Positions 8,551 through 17,680 of a stretch of 20,000 nt of DNA are shown in pieces (positions within the stretch are counted from its first letter, which is position 1; every line of letters begins with the position of its first letter). The stretch comes from Trichomonas gallinae. Lineage: Eukaryota. A program made the position numbers and the translations under genes. The stretch is taken from contig MRSU01002291.1 in assembly GCA_008369845.1 (NCBI GenBank), forward strand, positions 50,323 to 70,322, written 5' to 3'. Below the pieces are notes generated by a model. That model did not search any database, was not told the DNA's origin, and was given only the letters and a program-made list of their open reading frames with translations.

Positions 8551-9492
8551 ATGTTCGGAATCTTTTCTTTATTTTCAGCCCAAGAGCGTTTGAGTTTCAC
8601 GGAGTTGGGTGCATACAAGTTCTCCAAGAAGATACACAATGAGATTACACTCAACTTTCATGTTGCACAAACTTCATTTTTTCCCTTAAATCCATCTGAC
8701 TTCGAATTTGAGCTTCAGTTACCAGATAACACGAAAATGTCAATCATGGTGGACAAAGGATTCACTCGCCGTGGTGATTTTTCACTCACAATCAAACCGA
8801 AAAATAAATCTCATTTTAAATGCATGTTTTACCTTAGCCCAGTGTGTGATGATCTCATATACACTAATTCCACTGATCTGGATTTATCACTTTCACGCAA
8901 ATATAGTAAATATTCACAATCATTTTGTATTATGGATGGTTCCGAACAAAAAATTACATATGTATTCGATTCAGATGTAAAGCCAGAACAAAGGATAGTC
9001 AAATTATATGATCAGAAAAATAATCGTAAGAATAAGAAATCTAAACAGAATAGTATCTTCTTTTATCATGTTACACTTAATGATGTTACAGATTCATCAT
9101 ATTTCCAGATCAAAGCTACTACAAACTCTGTTAATTCTTATTCTCATGTTTTCAATGCAGTGTCAAGTTCCGACTCTACAGTATTTTTCACTCCAATGTC
9201 AGTATCTAACCCAAGTTCAAGTTCTTTCACAAAACAAACGCCTCAAGATTATCAACCATCATATGAAGATTATGGATTAGAATTTCTTTTCGAAGAATTC
9301 TCCCATTGGATCTACCTATTTGCATTAGTGTTTGCGGTTGCTTTCATTGTTTTTGCTTTTATTTATTGCTGCAAGTCCAAAATTGCAAAGAAGCAAGATG
9401 ATCTTGCAATTCCTCCTGTTATATCCCCACAGGCTGTATATTATCATCCAAGCCCTGTTTATGTTATTTATCAAGACCCACAGCAAGTCTAA
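8551..9492 (+). CDS. Type-I membrane (surface) protein with a Pro/Tyr-rich cytoplasmic tail
   Basis: 313 aa. Signal-like MFGIFSLFSA, Ser-rich stalk, TM WIYLFALVFAVAFIVFAFIY followed by CC, tail PPVISPQAVYYHPSPVYVIYQDPQQV. Confidence 0.82.
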   Translation: MFGIFSLFSAQERLSFTELGAYKFSKKIHNEITLNFHVAQTSFFPLNPSDFEFELQLPDNTKMSIMVDKGFTRRGDFSLTIKPKNKSHFKCMFYLSPVCDDLIYTNSTDLDLSLSRKYSKYSQSFCIMDGSEQKITYVFDSDVKPEQRIVKLYDQKNNRKNKKSKQNSIFFYHVTLNDVTDSSYFQIKATTNSVNSYSHVFNAVSSSDSTVFFTPMSVSNPSSSSFTKQTPQDYQPSYEDYGLEFLFEEFSHWIYLFALVFAVAFIVFAFIYCCKSKIAKKQDDLAIPPVISPQAVYYHPSPVYVIYQDPQQV

Positions 9493-10018
9493 TTAATAAA
9501 CCTGTTTTTTATCTTTTGTTAATCGTGGTTTTTATTTATGATTATGCAATGTTATGACTTTCTTGTTCGATTTGTATCTCGATATATTCGATAACCTTTG
9601 AAGCGGATCATGCGGAATTTGATCATCGACAAATCGACCAAAGAGTAGTTAGTTTATAATAGATAATCATTTATATATATAAAATATGAACTGATTGCGC
9701 AAATTAGTGCATATTTTGCAGATTTTTTAAAATGAAGTTTTTAAATGATCAAAACATTAGCCTTGTATGTTATCATTTGTGAAATTATGGTTAATTTTTA
9801 ACTATCAGCGGATCAATTTTATTAAAAAATTTCGAGTCGATTATTGAGCTTTTATTCTCTTGTTCCACGATTACACTAGATGTTCTTAAGTTGTAGTAGG
9901 AAAATCTAAGACAAAATACCATAAGATCGGCGATTTCAAAATCGATTTTAAATTATTTGTTGTTATTATTTTTGTTTGTCATTATTGCTCATAATTTTTA
10001 AAATAAATAACAAAAATA

Positions 10019-10329
10019 GGGTTTATAGTTATCACCTTTTTTATTGGAATCACCATGACTTTGTGATTCGAATAAAGTTGAATTTGGAATAATGCTATAA
10101 TTTGAAATAATGAATTTTATTCCAAATGCCGAATACGTCCAAAAAGTGACAATGTACGCATAATCAAATTATTTGGAATTACCAATAGTTTGGAATTAGG
10201 AAAAAAAAATACAAAATTTGGAGAAAGTTTTCAATTGGAATTAAAGAAGCATTTGGAATAACCGCCAAACGGTTGGAATGAGAATCTTTTATTCCTAATT
10301 CCCATAAAAACGGTGATGACTATAAACCC
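10019..10329. mobile_element. MITE-like non-autonomous DNA transposon with 32-bp terminal inverted repeats
   Basis: Left end GGGTTTATAGTTATCACCTTTTTTATTGGAAT (10019-10050). Reverse complement of 10298-10329 is GGGTTTATAGTCATCACCGTTTTTATGGGAAT, 29/32 identical. No ORF; internal TTGGAAT repeats; possible AAT or AATA target-site duplication. Confidence 0.8.
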
Positions 10330-10395
10330 CAATATCATTAACCTTATTTTTCAAGAAAAAAATTATTTTGGAATTAGGTTTCATTTGGTTAGAAA

Positions 10396-11850
10396 ATGAT
10401 TATTAGTATTTATCAATTTTTTGGAAAATCTTTTTATTTTTTTATATTTTTTGTCATGTTTCGAAACTCATCAATTTCTGATTTTTCTTATACATATCAG
10501 CGAGAATCTCTCTACGTGAAAGGGATCCCGCTGTGTGGTAAGAATAATTACGGCGCAGCAATCTTTTTCGTCGCGATGTTATTTCCAGTTGTTTTATTTC
10601 ACCTTCTGGCAATCCGAAAACCACATCATCCTCTTGCTGGAACAATAGTTTCTATAGTTCAGAACATTTATTTCTCGTATCTTTTTATTTCATTTTTCTG
10701 TTATATCAGACATACCGTAACATCGCCAGGATTCAGCATTATTTTTGCAGGAATTCTCATACCAGTATCGATTATCACTAACTATTGGTTTTTCTACAGA
10801 AGAGGAGATAAAAAAGGATTAACAAGTGCAACTAAGTACAGACGCATGATGTTTGATTACTACTACATAGGAAAGCATAAATTATCACAGGAGACGAAGA
10901 TCCAAGTGGTTAATACAAAAAATGTTGCTCATCCTGATACATTCGTTGAAGACGTCCTAAAAGAAGCAGTATATGGACCGCCAAAAATATTCGTACGTAA
11001 TTATTATCTATTAAAGAAAGGTTGTTTTTTATATGTTCCATATGGTTCATGGACCCCGCTTTCATCGCCTACACTCGACTATAAGAAGGGATCCATCATG
11101 ATTTTCAAGTTTAATCACCAATTTCAAGTAGATGAAGAATTGCATAACAAGATTAACGTATATATTGAAGGTCTGAAGTTTGTTCAATTGAGATACTACG
11201 GTGTCGACTTCAACACTGAATATTGCAATCTGAAAGTTGTCAATCAAGTAGGAAATTTGGCACAAACTATGGTTATTGGTAATAAATCATGGTTTATGTC
11301 TTTCTTGAACAGCAAATTTGGCAACATAATATTCATTATCGCGCATTTCTTTGGTTTTTCAATCATTTTTGATGATATTTTCGGATTATTGTCGCAAACA
11401 ACTGAAATAACAACTAATAGGACAATTGCCATTGATGATAGTGAAAAGAATCGAAAATATAAAGCAGATGCTGAAGGAGGAGTTGATATTGATGATCCAG
11501 GCAAAGATATGCTACATGTTAAGCAAATATACGAATATTTCAAGAGCATTGGCTACATTGCACGTCGTAATAGAGATAGAGCACATGACAGCGTCCAAAT
11601 ACATAGAAATGATGAATATTATGCAAATCAAATTCCAGATAGTTTCACTCCAAATGTCAAATCATGCATGCCACCAAAGCTTCGTTCAACATCCACTTTT
11701 GACGACAGACATGCTATTCGTCCGCCTCCATCTATACCTTTAAGCAACAGAGATAGTTCTTCAGATGTGAAGAATGAAGATGAAAATAATTACGAAAATA
11801 ATGTAGAAGAAGAACCCAAACCGTTTACTAACCCTTATGATGATATGTAG
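10396..11850 (+). CDS. Multi-pass membrane protein, TMEM151-like
   Basis: 484 aa. About three N-terminal TM helices, then PPKIF...YGSWTPLS...IFKFNHQF...MVIGNKSWF, a further hydrophobic segment and a disordered tail. Inr TCATT at 10381 supports ATG 10396; ATG 10456 is an alternative. The CDS is clear; the family call is tentative. Confidence 0.75.
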   Translation: MIISIYQFFGKSFYFFIFFVMFRNSSISDFSYTYQRESLYVKGIPLCGKNNYGAAIFFVAMLFPVVLFHLLAIRKPHHPLAGTIVSIVQNIYFSYLFISFFCYIRHTVTSPGFSIIFAGILIPVSIITNYWFFYRRGDKKGLTSATKYRRMMFDYYYIGKHKLSQETKIQVVNTKNVAHPDTFVEDVLKEAVYGPPKIFVRNYYLLKKGCFLYVPYGSWTPLSSPTLDYKKGSIMIFKFNHQFQVDEELHNKINVYIEGLKFVQLRYYGVDFNTEYCNLKVVNQVGNLAQTMVIGNKSWFMSFLNSKFGNIIFIIAHFFGFSIIFDDIFGLLSQTTEITTNRTIAIDDSEKNRKYKADAEGGVDIDDPGKDMLHVKQIYEYFKSIGYIARRNRDRAHDSVQIHRNDEYYANQIPDSFTPNVKSCMPPKLRSTSTFDDRHAIRPPPSIPLSNRDSSSDVKNEDENNYENNVEEEPKPFTNPYDDM

Positions 11851-12138
11851 CATCCTCAAACTATTTTTGCGAATTATTTGTTTTTAATTTAAATATTATT
11901 TTATTTAACTATGATAATATTTATGAGTCTCAAACATTGATATATATTTAAACAATAGAAAGCTTGAATCAATGAAAATATATTTTTGAATTTTTTTATA
12001 GCAATTTGCTAAAATCATTATGAATTTTATGGTTATTTGCGAAGATAATTATTAATCATATTTAATATGGTTTCATTCTTTAAGATATAAAAAAAAATTA
12101 AATATTAGCTAATTTTACAAAAATATATATAAAATAAG

Positions 12139-12921
12139 TTAAGCGAAAGAAGAAATTTGAATGGCTAAATCAACAAATCTTTCCACGGCTTTTTCTGTTA
12201 ATTTTGTTTTTCCTTCTCCATTATTAACAAAGAATGTGACGTAACCGTTATCATCAAATTTCCAACCCCTCTTAGAAGCAAATATTTGGACGTCCTCATT
12301 TGAATTAAAATGCATTAATTTTTGAATTTGATTAATATGTAATTTTTCGTAGGATTTCTCTATTGAATCTGCGTGGTTGTTTCTTATGTTGTTGAGCAAA
12401 TCTGTTGTAAAGTGATTAAAGAGTTCTGAAGGCGGAGATGCAACAAGAGTGAATAATGTTGAAAACGAGTTATCTGCTAATAATCGATATACCTCAGAGA
12501 CGTATGATAAGTATTTGTTGTCTTTAATTATATCTTTTGCGTGCTGAAATTCGATTTGAAATTCGGAAGACTCATTGATAGAAAGGAGATGGATTAAATT
12601 GATTGATACAAGGAGTGGCATTCTTTCTGATGTTGGTAATTCTGGGGAATTGAAATAATATATTCTTAATTGCGTCATTGCGCGTGAGAAGTCAGAAATT
12701 GCTCTGGTTTTAATGCTTACAATTGCATCATACTCAAGCAAAGTTCTAAAGTTAACTCTCTCTGTTATACTAAGAGTTGATTCTTGATTGGTCAGATAAA
12801 GTGCATCTACAAGCGCAATTTTTAGATCAGCAATGAGACTGGCGGCCCTTTTAACATCAAATGAGCCCTCAGTCTCTATAAGAGATTTTAATACATCAAA
12901 CTTTTGTTGAAATAATTCCAT
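12139..12921 (-). CDS. RPN12: 26S proteasome lid subunit Rpn12 / PSMD8 (PCI domain)
   Basis: 260 aa. DFSRAMTQLRIYY, INLIHLLSINESSEFQIE and IRNNHADSIEKSYEKL...FASKRGW match Rpn12 motifs. Confidence 0.88.
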   Translation of the reverse strand: MELFQQKFDVLKSLIETEGSFDVKRAASLIADLKIALVDALYLTNQESTLSITERVNFRTLLEYDAIVSIKTRAISDFSRAMTQLRIYYFNSPELPTSERMPLLVSINLIHLLSINESSEFQIEFQHAKDIIKDNKYLSYVSEVYRLLADNSFSTLFTLVASPPSELFNHFTTDLLNNIRNNHADSIEKSYEKLHINQIQKLMHFNSNEDVQIFASKRGWKFDDNGYVTFFVNNGEGKTKLTEKAVERFVDLAIQISSFA

Positions 12922-12927
12922 ACAAAT

Positions 12928-12952
12928 GTCACCTTTTTACGATTGTCACTTT
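12928..12952 (-). promoter_or_regulatory. Paired AAAGTGAC-type core promoter motifs upstream of RPN12
   Basis: gtcacttt at 12945-12952 (AAAGTGAC on minus) and gtcacctt at 12928-12935, within 31 nt of the ATG. Confidence 0.6.
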
Positions 12953-13170
12953 TTATTTCTTTTCCTTGATTTTAGTAATTTTAAAATATCCATGGTCTAA
13001 TAAACACAATGATAAGGTTTTGAAGCCGAAAAAATTAGGTTTTAATAGACCAATTTATTTTTAAGAGAGTTTTGAGGCTGAAATGATAAGTATTAAAAGA
13101 GGTAGAGGTTACAATTAAACATTTTTATTCATTTTCAATCTATCAAGAACTGTATAACTAATAATATGTT

Positions 13171-13431
13171 TTATGCGTTGACACGTGGGCGGATTTCGAC
13201 CTGGTCAGCGAGGTTGATGCGACCACCTGTTGGTGTAGCAAGTGGTGTCTGGCAGTTCTTGCAGTAAACTGGAACATTAGAATGAGAAAATGCTGTTGTG
13301 AGGGCTGTGCAGGATGGGCAGCGAAGAGAGAGGAACTCGGAACGTGGATTTGGAACGAGTGTCATCTTCTTGTTCTTGTGAGCCTCCTGCTCAACAGATG
13401 GGTGAAGGATATCGACATCGAGTGTGGTCAT
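13171..13431 (-). CDS. RPS27: 40S ribosomal protein S27 (eS27)
   Basis: MTTLDVDILHPSVEQEAHKNKKMTLVPNPRSEFLSLRCPSC...FSHS...CKNCQTPLATPTGG: C4 zinc finger and eS27 motifs. True ATG at 13431; the stop overlaps TAAA. Confidence 0.96.
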   Translation of the reverse strand: MTTLDVDILHPSVEQEAHKNKKMTLVPNPRSEFLSLRCPSCTALTTAFSHSNVPVYCKNCQTPLATPTGGRINLADQVEIRPRVNA

Positions 13432-13456
13432 GCGAAAAAAAGAATGGTTCCAAAAA

Positions 13457-13488
13457 TAACCGTAAATTAATCTCAAAATTTGCGGTTA
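13457..13488. promoter_or_regulatory. Inverted pair of Myb-recognition-like (M3-type) elements upstream of RPS27
   Basis: taaccgtaaatt 13457-13468 and aatttgcggtta 13477-13488 are 11/12 complementary with an 8-nt spacer. Both fit DRCSGYTD. Confidence 0.55.
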
Positions 13489-13587
13489 GAAGACTTAATT
13501 TTGTGAATCAGTTTTTTGTCCTTTTGAATTAATTGTTTTCTGTCTGCTGAGACATATTTTTCTATTTTTGAGGTATTTTAATAAGTA

Positions 13588-13642
13588 TGGCATGTAAATT
13601 ATATTTTTTGACAAATATTTCAGAAAATCACATTACATGTCA
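13588..13642. promoter_or_regulatory. TGACAYGTAAA-like motif pair in the divergent RPS27/TBL1 region
   Basis: tggcatgtaaa 13588-13598 and ttacatgtca 13633-13642. Confidence 0.4.
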
Positions 13643-14054
13643 AATATTTTTTAAAATCATTCCAACAACATATACAAGGGACTATATCATATATTATCAA
13701 AACATAATATATAATAACGAAAATATGATGTTACATATGATAAAAATACATTGATTTACGTTGAAAAATCATGATATTGAATAAGATTTTTCATTATTTT
13801 ATCGAAATATATCACATATAATTTATAATATTAATATATAGTTTATATAAATTGATAGAAAATGATAAATAAGGTATATTTATGTTTTATAGCTTATAAT
13901 ATTTGGAAAATAAGAATTTTGACTTTAGATTCTCCGAAATCCTATATATTCTGCATCATAGTCTCAAATATATTATATATCTAATATTATTTTGCTGTGA
14001 TTATATATAAAAAAATCTAGGAAAAAAAAAAAAAAACTTTTATAAAATTACCAA

Positions 14055-14073
14055 AAAGTGACAAAAAAGTGCA
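14055..14073 (+). promoter_or_regulatory. Paired AAAGTGAC-type motifs upstream of the TBL1-like gene
   Basis: aaagtgac 14055-14062 and aaagtgca 14066-14073; ATG at 14080. Confidence 0.6.
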
Positions 14074-14079
14074 GTATCG

Positions 14080-15558
14080 ATGAATATTACAGCAGAGGAT
14101 GTTAATATCCTAATTGCACATCATCTGCAGGAGTCCAGTTTTTCGCATACAGCATATATATTTCGTAACGAAGCAATGGTTGAAGATTTAAACATCGAAA
14201 TTCCACCGCAAGCACTAATTACAATTCTACAGAAAGGAATGCTATACATGCAGTTAGAAAAAGCTATTAACATAGGAGCAAAGAATGAACAAACACCAGA
14301 GCAAATAATAAATTCGTTAGTTGAATCAGTTCATCAACAAGAGCCTGTTCATCACCACAAGCCTGCTCCTAAAGTTAAACCAGTCTACCACCCGTCATCT
14401 CATCCGCCTCAGCCTCCTCCTCCGCCTCCGCCGATTCAACCAACTGTTCAAGCCCCACCGCAGCCTGAAAAGGTGGAAATCACACAGCTCAGATGTGACC
14501 AAGCGATATTATACAGAAAACACCTCAAAGAAGTGTTTTGCGGCGCTTGGACATCAGATGGAAAAGCATTCGCTTCTGGGAGCAACGATGCAACGGCAAT
14601 CATATGGGAATGTCATGATCAGCAGTTTGACCATCCGATTTTACTTGATCACGCACTCCAACAAGATCGAAAAGAAAAAGGCGTTTTAGCACTCGCTTGG
14701 AACTCAACAGCAACATTATTGGCAACTGGTTGTAACGATGGCACTGTTAGATTGTGGACAAACAAGGGAGCATTGAAATTTGTTCTTGGATTTCATAAAT
14801 CTTCTATATTTGCCATCCAATTCAGTCCTGATGACAACTACCTACTCACATGTTCTTATGACACAAGGGTCGTTGTCTGGGACGTAGCTCGAGGCCAACA
14901 GCGCCAAATTTTCCAGTATCACAAAAAATCAGCTCTTGATGTCGACTGGTATGACAACCAAACATTCGCATCATGCTCAGGTGACCAGACTATCATCATC
15001 TGCAAGGTGGGGCAGTCTCGGCCTTTAGTTACTTTAACTGGCCACGAAAAAGAAGTCAACAAGATCGCTTGGGACGACAGCAAGAAATATCTAGCCTCAG
15101 GATCAGATGATGGAACAGTCAGAGTGTGGAAGCCTTTCGAGAACGGATTCCAGCCAATTGTATTCAGGGGCCACGAGAAAGAAGTCTATACTATTAAATG
15201 GGTCCCGCAAACAGACAAACTCGCGAGTGGTGCTTTCGACCACAAAGTAAGAGTCTGGGATGTATCGACGCGCTCATGCGTAGCAGTAATAGACTGGAAG
15301 CAAGATGTTTTCTCGATTTCTTTCTCACCTAAAGGAAGATTTTTCGTAATCGGTGGCAAAGACTCGAAGCTTGGAATATTCAGGTCAGAAGATATAGTAC
15401 AGATTGGAGAGTACGAAACTGCAGATGAAAACACGATGATGCCTGGCGGCGTTTTCGAGGCAATGTGGTCTCCAGCGGGAGACACTATCTCTTTGTGCGA
15501 AATCAACTCTGTTGTTGCTTTAGTTCCAACGAAACTATTCCCGCTTTATAATGAATGA
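14080..15558 (+). CDS. TBL1: TBL1/TBL1XR1/Sif2/HOS15-like LisH + WD40 protein
   Basis: MNITAEDVNILIAHHLQESSFSHTAYIFRNE (LisH) and IPPQALITILQKGMLYMQLE match the TBL1 N-terminus. Pro-rich linker, then 7-8 WD40 repeats (ALDVDW...TFASCSGD; GHEKEVNKIAW; HEKEVYTIKW). Confidence 0.92.
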   Translation: MNITAEDVNILIAHHLQESSFSHTAYIFRNEAMVEDLNIEIPPQALITILQKGMLYMQLEKAINIGAKNEQTPEQIINSLVESVHQQEPVHHHKPAPKVKPVYHPSSHPPQPPPPPPPIQPTVQAPPQPEKVEITQLRCDQAILYRKHLKEVFCGAWTSDGKAFASGSNDATAIIWECHDQQFDHPILLDHALQQDRKEKGVLALAWNSTATLLATGCNDGTVRLWTNKGALKFVLGFHKSSIFAIQFSPDDNYLLTCSYDTRVVVWDVARGQQRQIFQYHKKSALDVDWYDNQTFASCSGDQTIIICKVGQSRPLVTLTGHEKEVNKIAWDDSKKYLASGSDDGTVRVWKPFENGFQPIVFRGHEKEVYTIKWVPQTDKLASGAFDHKVRVWDVSTRSCVAVIDWKQDVFSISFSPKGRFFVIGGKDSKLGIFRSEDIVQIGEYETADENTMMPGGVFEAMWSPAGDTISLCEINSVVALVPTKLFPLYNE

Positions 15559-15856
15559 TGAAATGATAGATCAATTTTATTATTTTGTATTTTTTTTATT
15601 TTTGTGTTTATTTATTTAAATATATTTAGTATTTGTATAATTTCTTCTTTTCTTTCATCTTTATTTAAGCTCCTTAATCATGTATAATTAATGAATTTTT
15701 TTTTCAAGAATTCATTTAAGCTTATTCATTTTTAGGTATTATTTTAACGAAATATATCGAATTAATTCATAAATTTATAATAAAAAAACAAATTCTATAA
15801 TTTTATTAATATCAAACAATATAAAATGATCATATAATAGAATATATGATCTATAA

Positions 15857-17002
15857 TTACAGGGTTTTCAGCGTTGCAGTGTCATCATCACTTTCATCTG
15901 AAGGTAGAGAATTTTCTTGCTCTTTATCATCGTCGTATATCATCCATGGCAGCTTAATCTTCTGGTCGTATATCGCAATGCCAATAATTGAGATGATAAA
16001 ACCGATAATTTGTACGATCGAATATAATTGAATCGTTTCGCCGATAGTGATGTCCTCTGTAAGGTAATGGGCACAAATAGAGAAAATCCAAACGACGATT
16101 GGAGAAATAGCTTCGAATTCGTTTCTTTTTCTTGCGCTCATATGAGAAATAACGATAACACCGATATAAAAGTAAATACCAACGATGATAGATACAAAGA
16201 TGAAAAGGATAATAAGCTTTCTTGAGTAACTCATCAGTATAAAAGCATCGTATGTATTTTCATAAACAAGGATCGGTGACGTTGGCGATGATATCTGGAG
16301 GAGTGGGAGACATATGCATGTTGTAAGGAACCACCCCCAAGCACCTTCGCACAAAACGACAACATATGAAGAAGCACAATATTCGTGGAGCATGATTTCT
16401 TCGATTTTGGCCTGTCCTGCCTTAACGAGCTCGGAGAACATCATGAATATAATAGCGAACAATGTATCAGATGGGTTATCTTCGATATATTTGTCCGAGA
16501 AAAGTGCGGATGTACCGGATATAATAACTCCAATGAAGACGATAAGCAAGCCAGTCCACTCGAGGAGGACTGACTGTGTGGGATCTGTGCCACCAGCGAT
16601 CAAAGTAGAGAAGATTAAACCGAAGAATTGTGCGATCTTCCAAACTGATGGAGCTAAGTATATCAAAGAGTAAATTTGGAAAACTGTGGACACAATCATG
16701 CATATTGCTGGCAATGAGCAAGCTCTAAAGAGGTGCCAGGTCATAGTCATTTCGTTCTTAAAGCATTTTGTTGTAACAGCGAGCGGAATTGCGCATATCG
16801 CAATGCCAGAGAAGATACCCCATGTAATAAGCCATGGTTTAAGGAATTGCAATTTTAATCCATCTTTCCAGGGGAAAGAGCCTAAAAGAAGGCCGTTAAC
16901 TAAGACAGGATACAAGGAGCCTGTCACGAAAAGTATAACTTTGATGAAAATCGAGATAAGCTTAGCATCATCGATTTGATCACCAGGTGTTGCTTCTTTC
17001 AT
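15857..17002 (-). CDS. DMT-superfamily transporter, SLC35F6-like (nucleotide-sugar transporter related)
   Basis: 381 aa with about 10 hydrophobic helices. FLKPWLITWGIFSG, LPAICMIVST, Q..IEEIM, EGAWG and YENTYDAF resemble SLC35F6-family motifs. Confidence 0.8.
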   Translation of the reverse strand: MKEATPGDQIDDAKLISIFIKVILFVTGSLYPVLVNGLLLGSFPWKDGLKLQFLKPWLITWGIFSGIAICAIPLAVTTKCFKNEMTMTWHLFRACSLPAICMIVSTVFQIYSLIYLAPSVWKIAQFFGLIFSTLIAGGTDPTQSVLLEWTGLLIVFIGVIISGTSALFSDKYIEDNPSDTLFAIIFMMFSELVKAGQAKIEEIMLHEYCASSYVVVLCEGAWGWFLTTCICLPLLQISSPTSPILVYENTYDAFILMSYSRKLIILFIFVSIIVGIYFYIGVIVISHMSARKRNEFEAISPIVVWIFSICAHYLTEDITIGETIQLYSIVQIIGFIISIIGIAIYDQKIKLPWMIYDDDKEQENSLPSDESDDDTATLKTL

Positions 17003-17680
17003 CTTTTTTTTTTTTTTATCGATAAAAAAAATTTTTTTGATCTTAAATTTTTATAAAAATTGCAGTGTTTGTTATGAGTATTTTTCGAATTTATCAACAT
17101 AAGTCAAAAATTTTCAGTTTTTCTAACAAAATTTTCTCCCCCTCTATTTACTACCCCCTGCAATGTATTTAGAAAAGTGCCAAACATTAACCTTATTTTA
17201 TAGATCACGCAAAATTCCAATAGTCAGGGAGAAAAAAAAGGGCAAACGCGTGAAAAATAGGCAAAAGCTATCTTAGAAGCATAATTAAGCCCCAAAACTC
17301 TACATAGTATTTGTATACATCATTCTCTAACTTTATAAAAGAAATAAAAGTAAAATATTAAAATTTTAAATCTAGCAATATGGAACATGAGCAATTCAAT
17401 CGTACATTGTGAAATGCTTAGACCACCATGAATTTATGAATGAATTGAAGCTACATATATAATGGAATGATCTCATTCAATAAATTTCTTTTCATGATAT
17501 ATTAGTGCCAAAATTCATTTTCTCATTTATTTGTCTGTGCTAATGAGTAATTTTACAAATATTGACGCTCATAGACAAGAATAAATATTTAGAATCATGT
17601 TTATTTTGGTGAAAGCTCAGTTCATGAAAGAAAAAAAAAAAAATAATAATAATAAAATCATGGGGAAATTTTTATAAAAT

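Noticed and set aside
14022..14036. A15 tract before TBL1 (and T14 at 17004-17017)
   Set aside because: Ordinary homopolymer tracts in AT-rich 5' regions, with no retroposition hallmarks such as a TSD.
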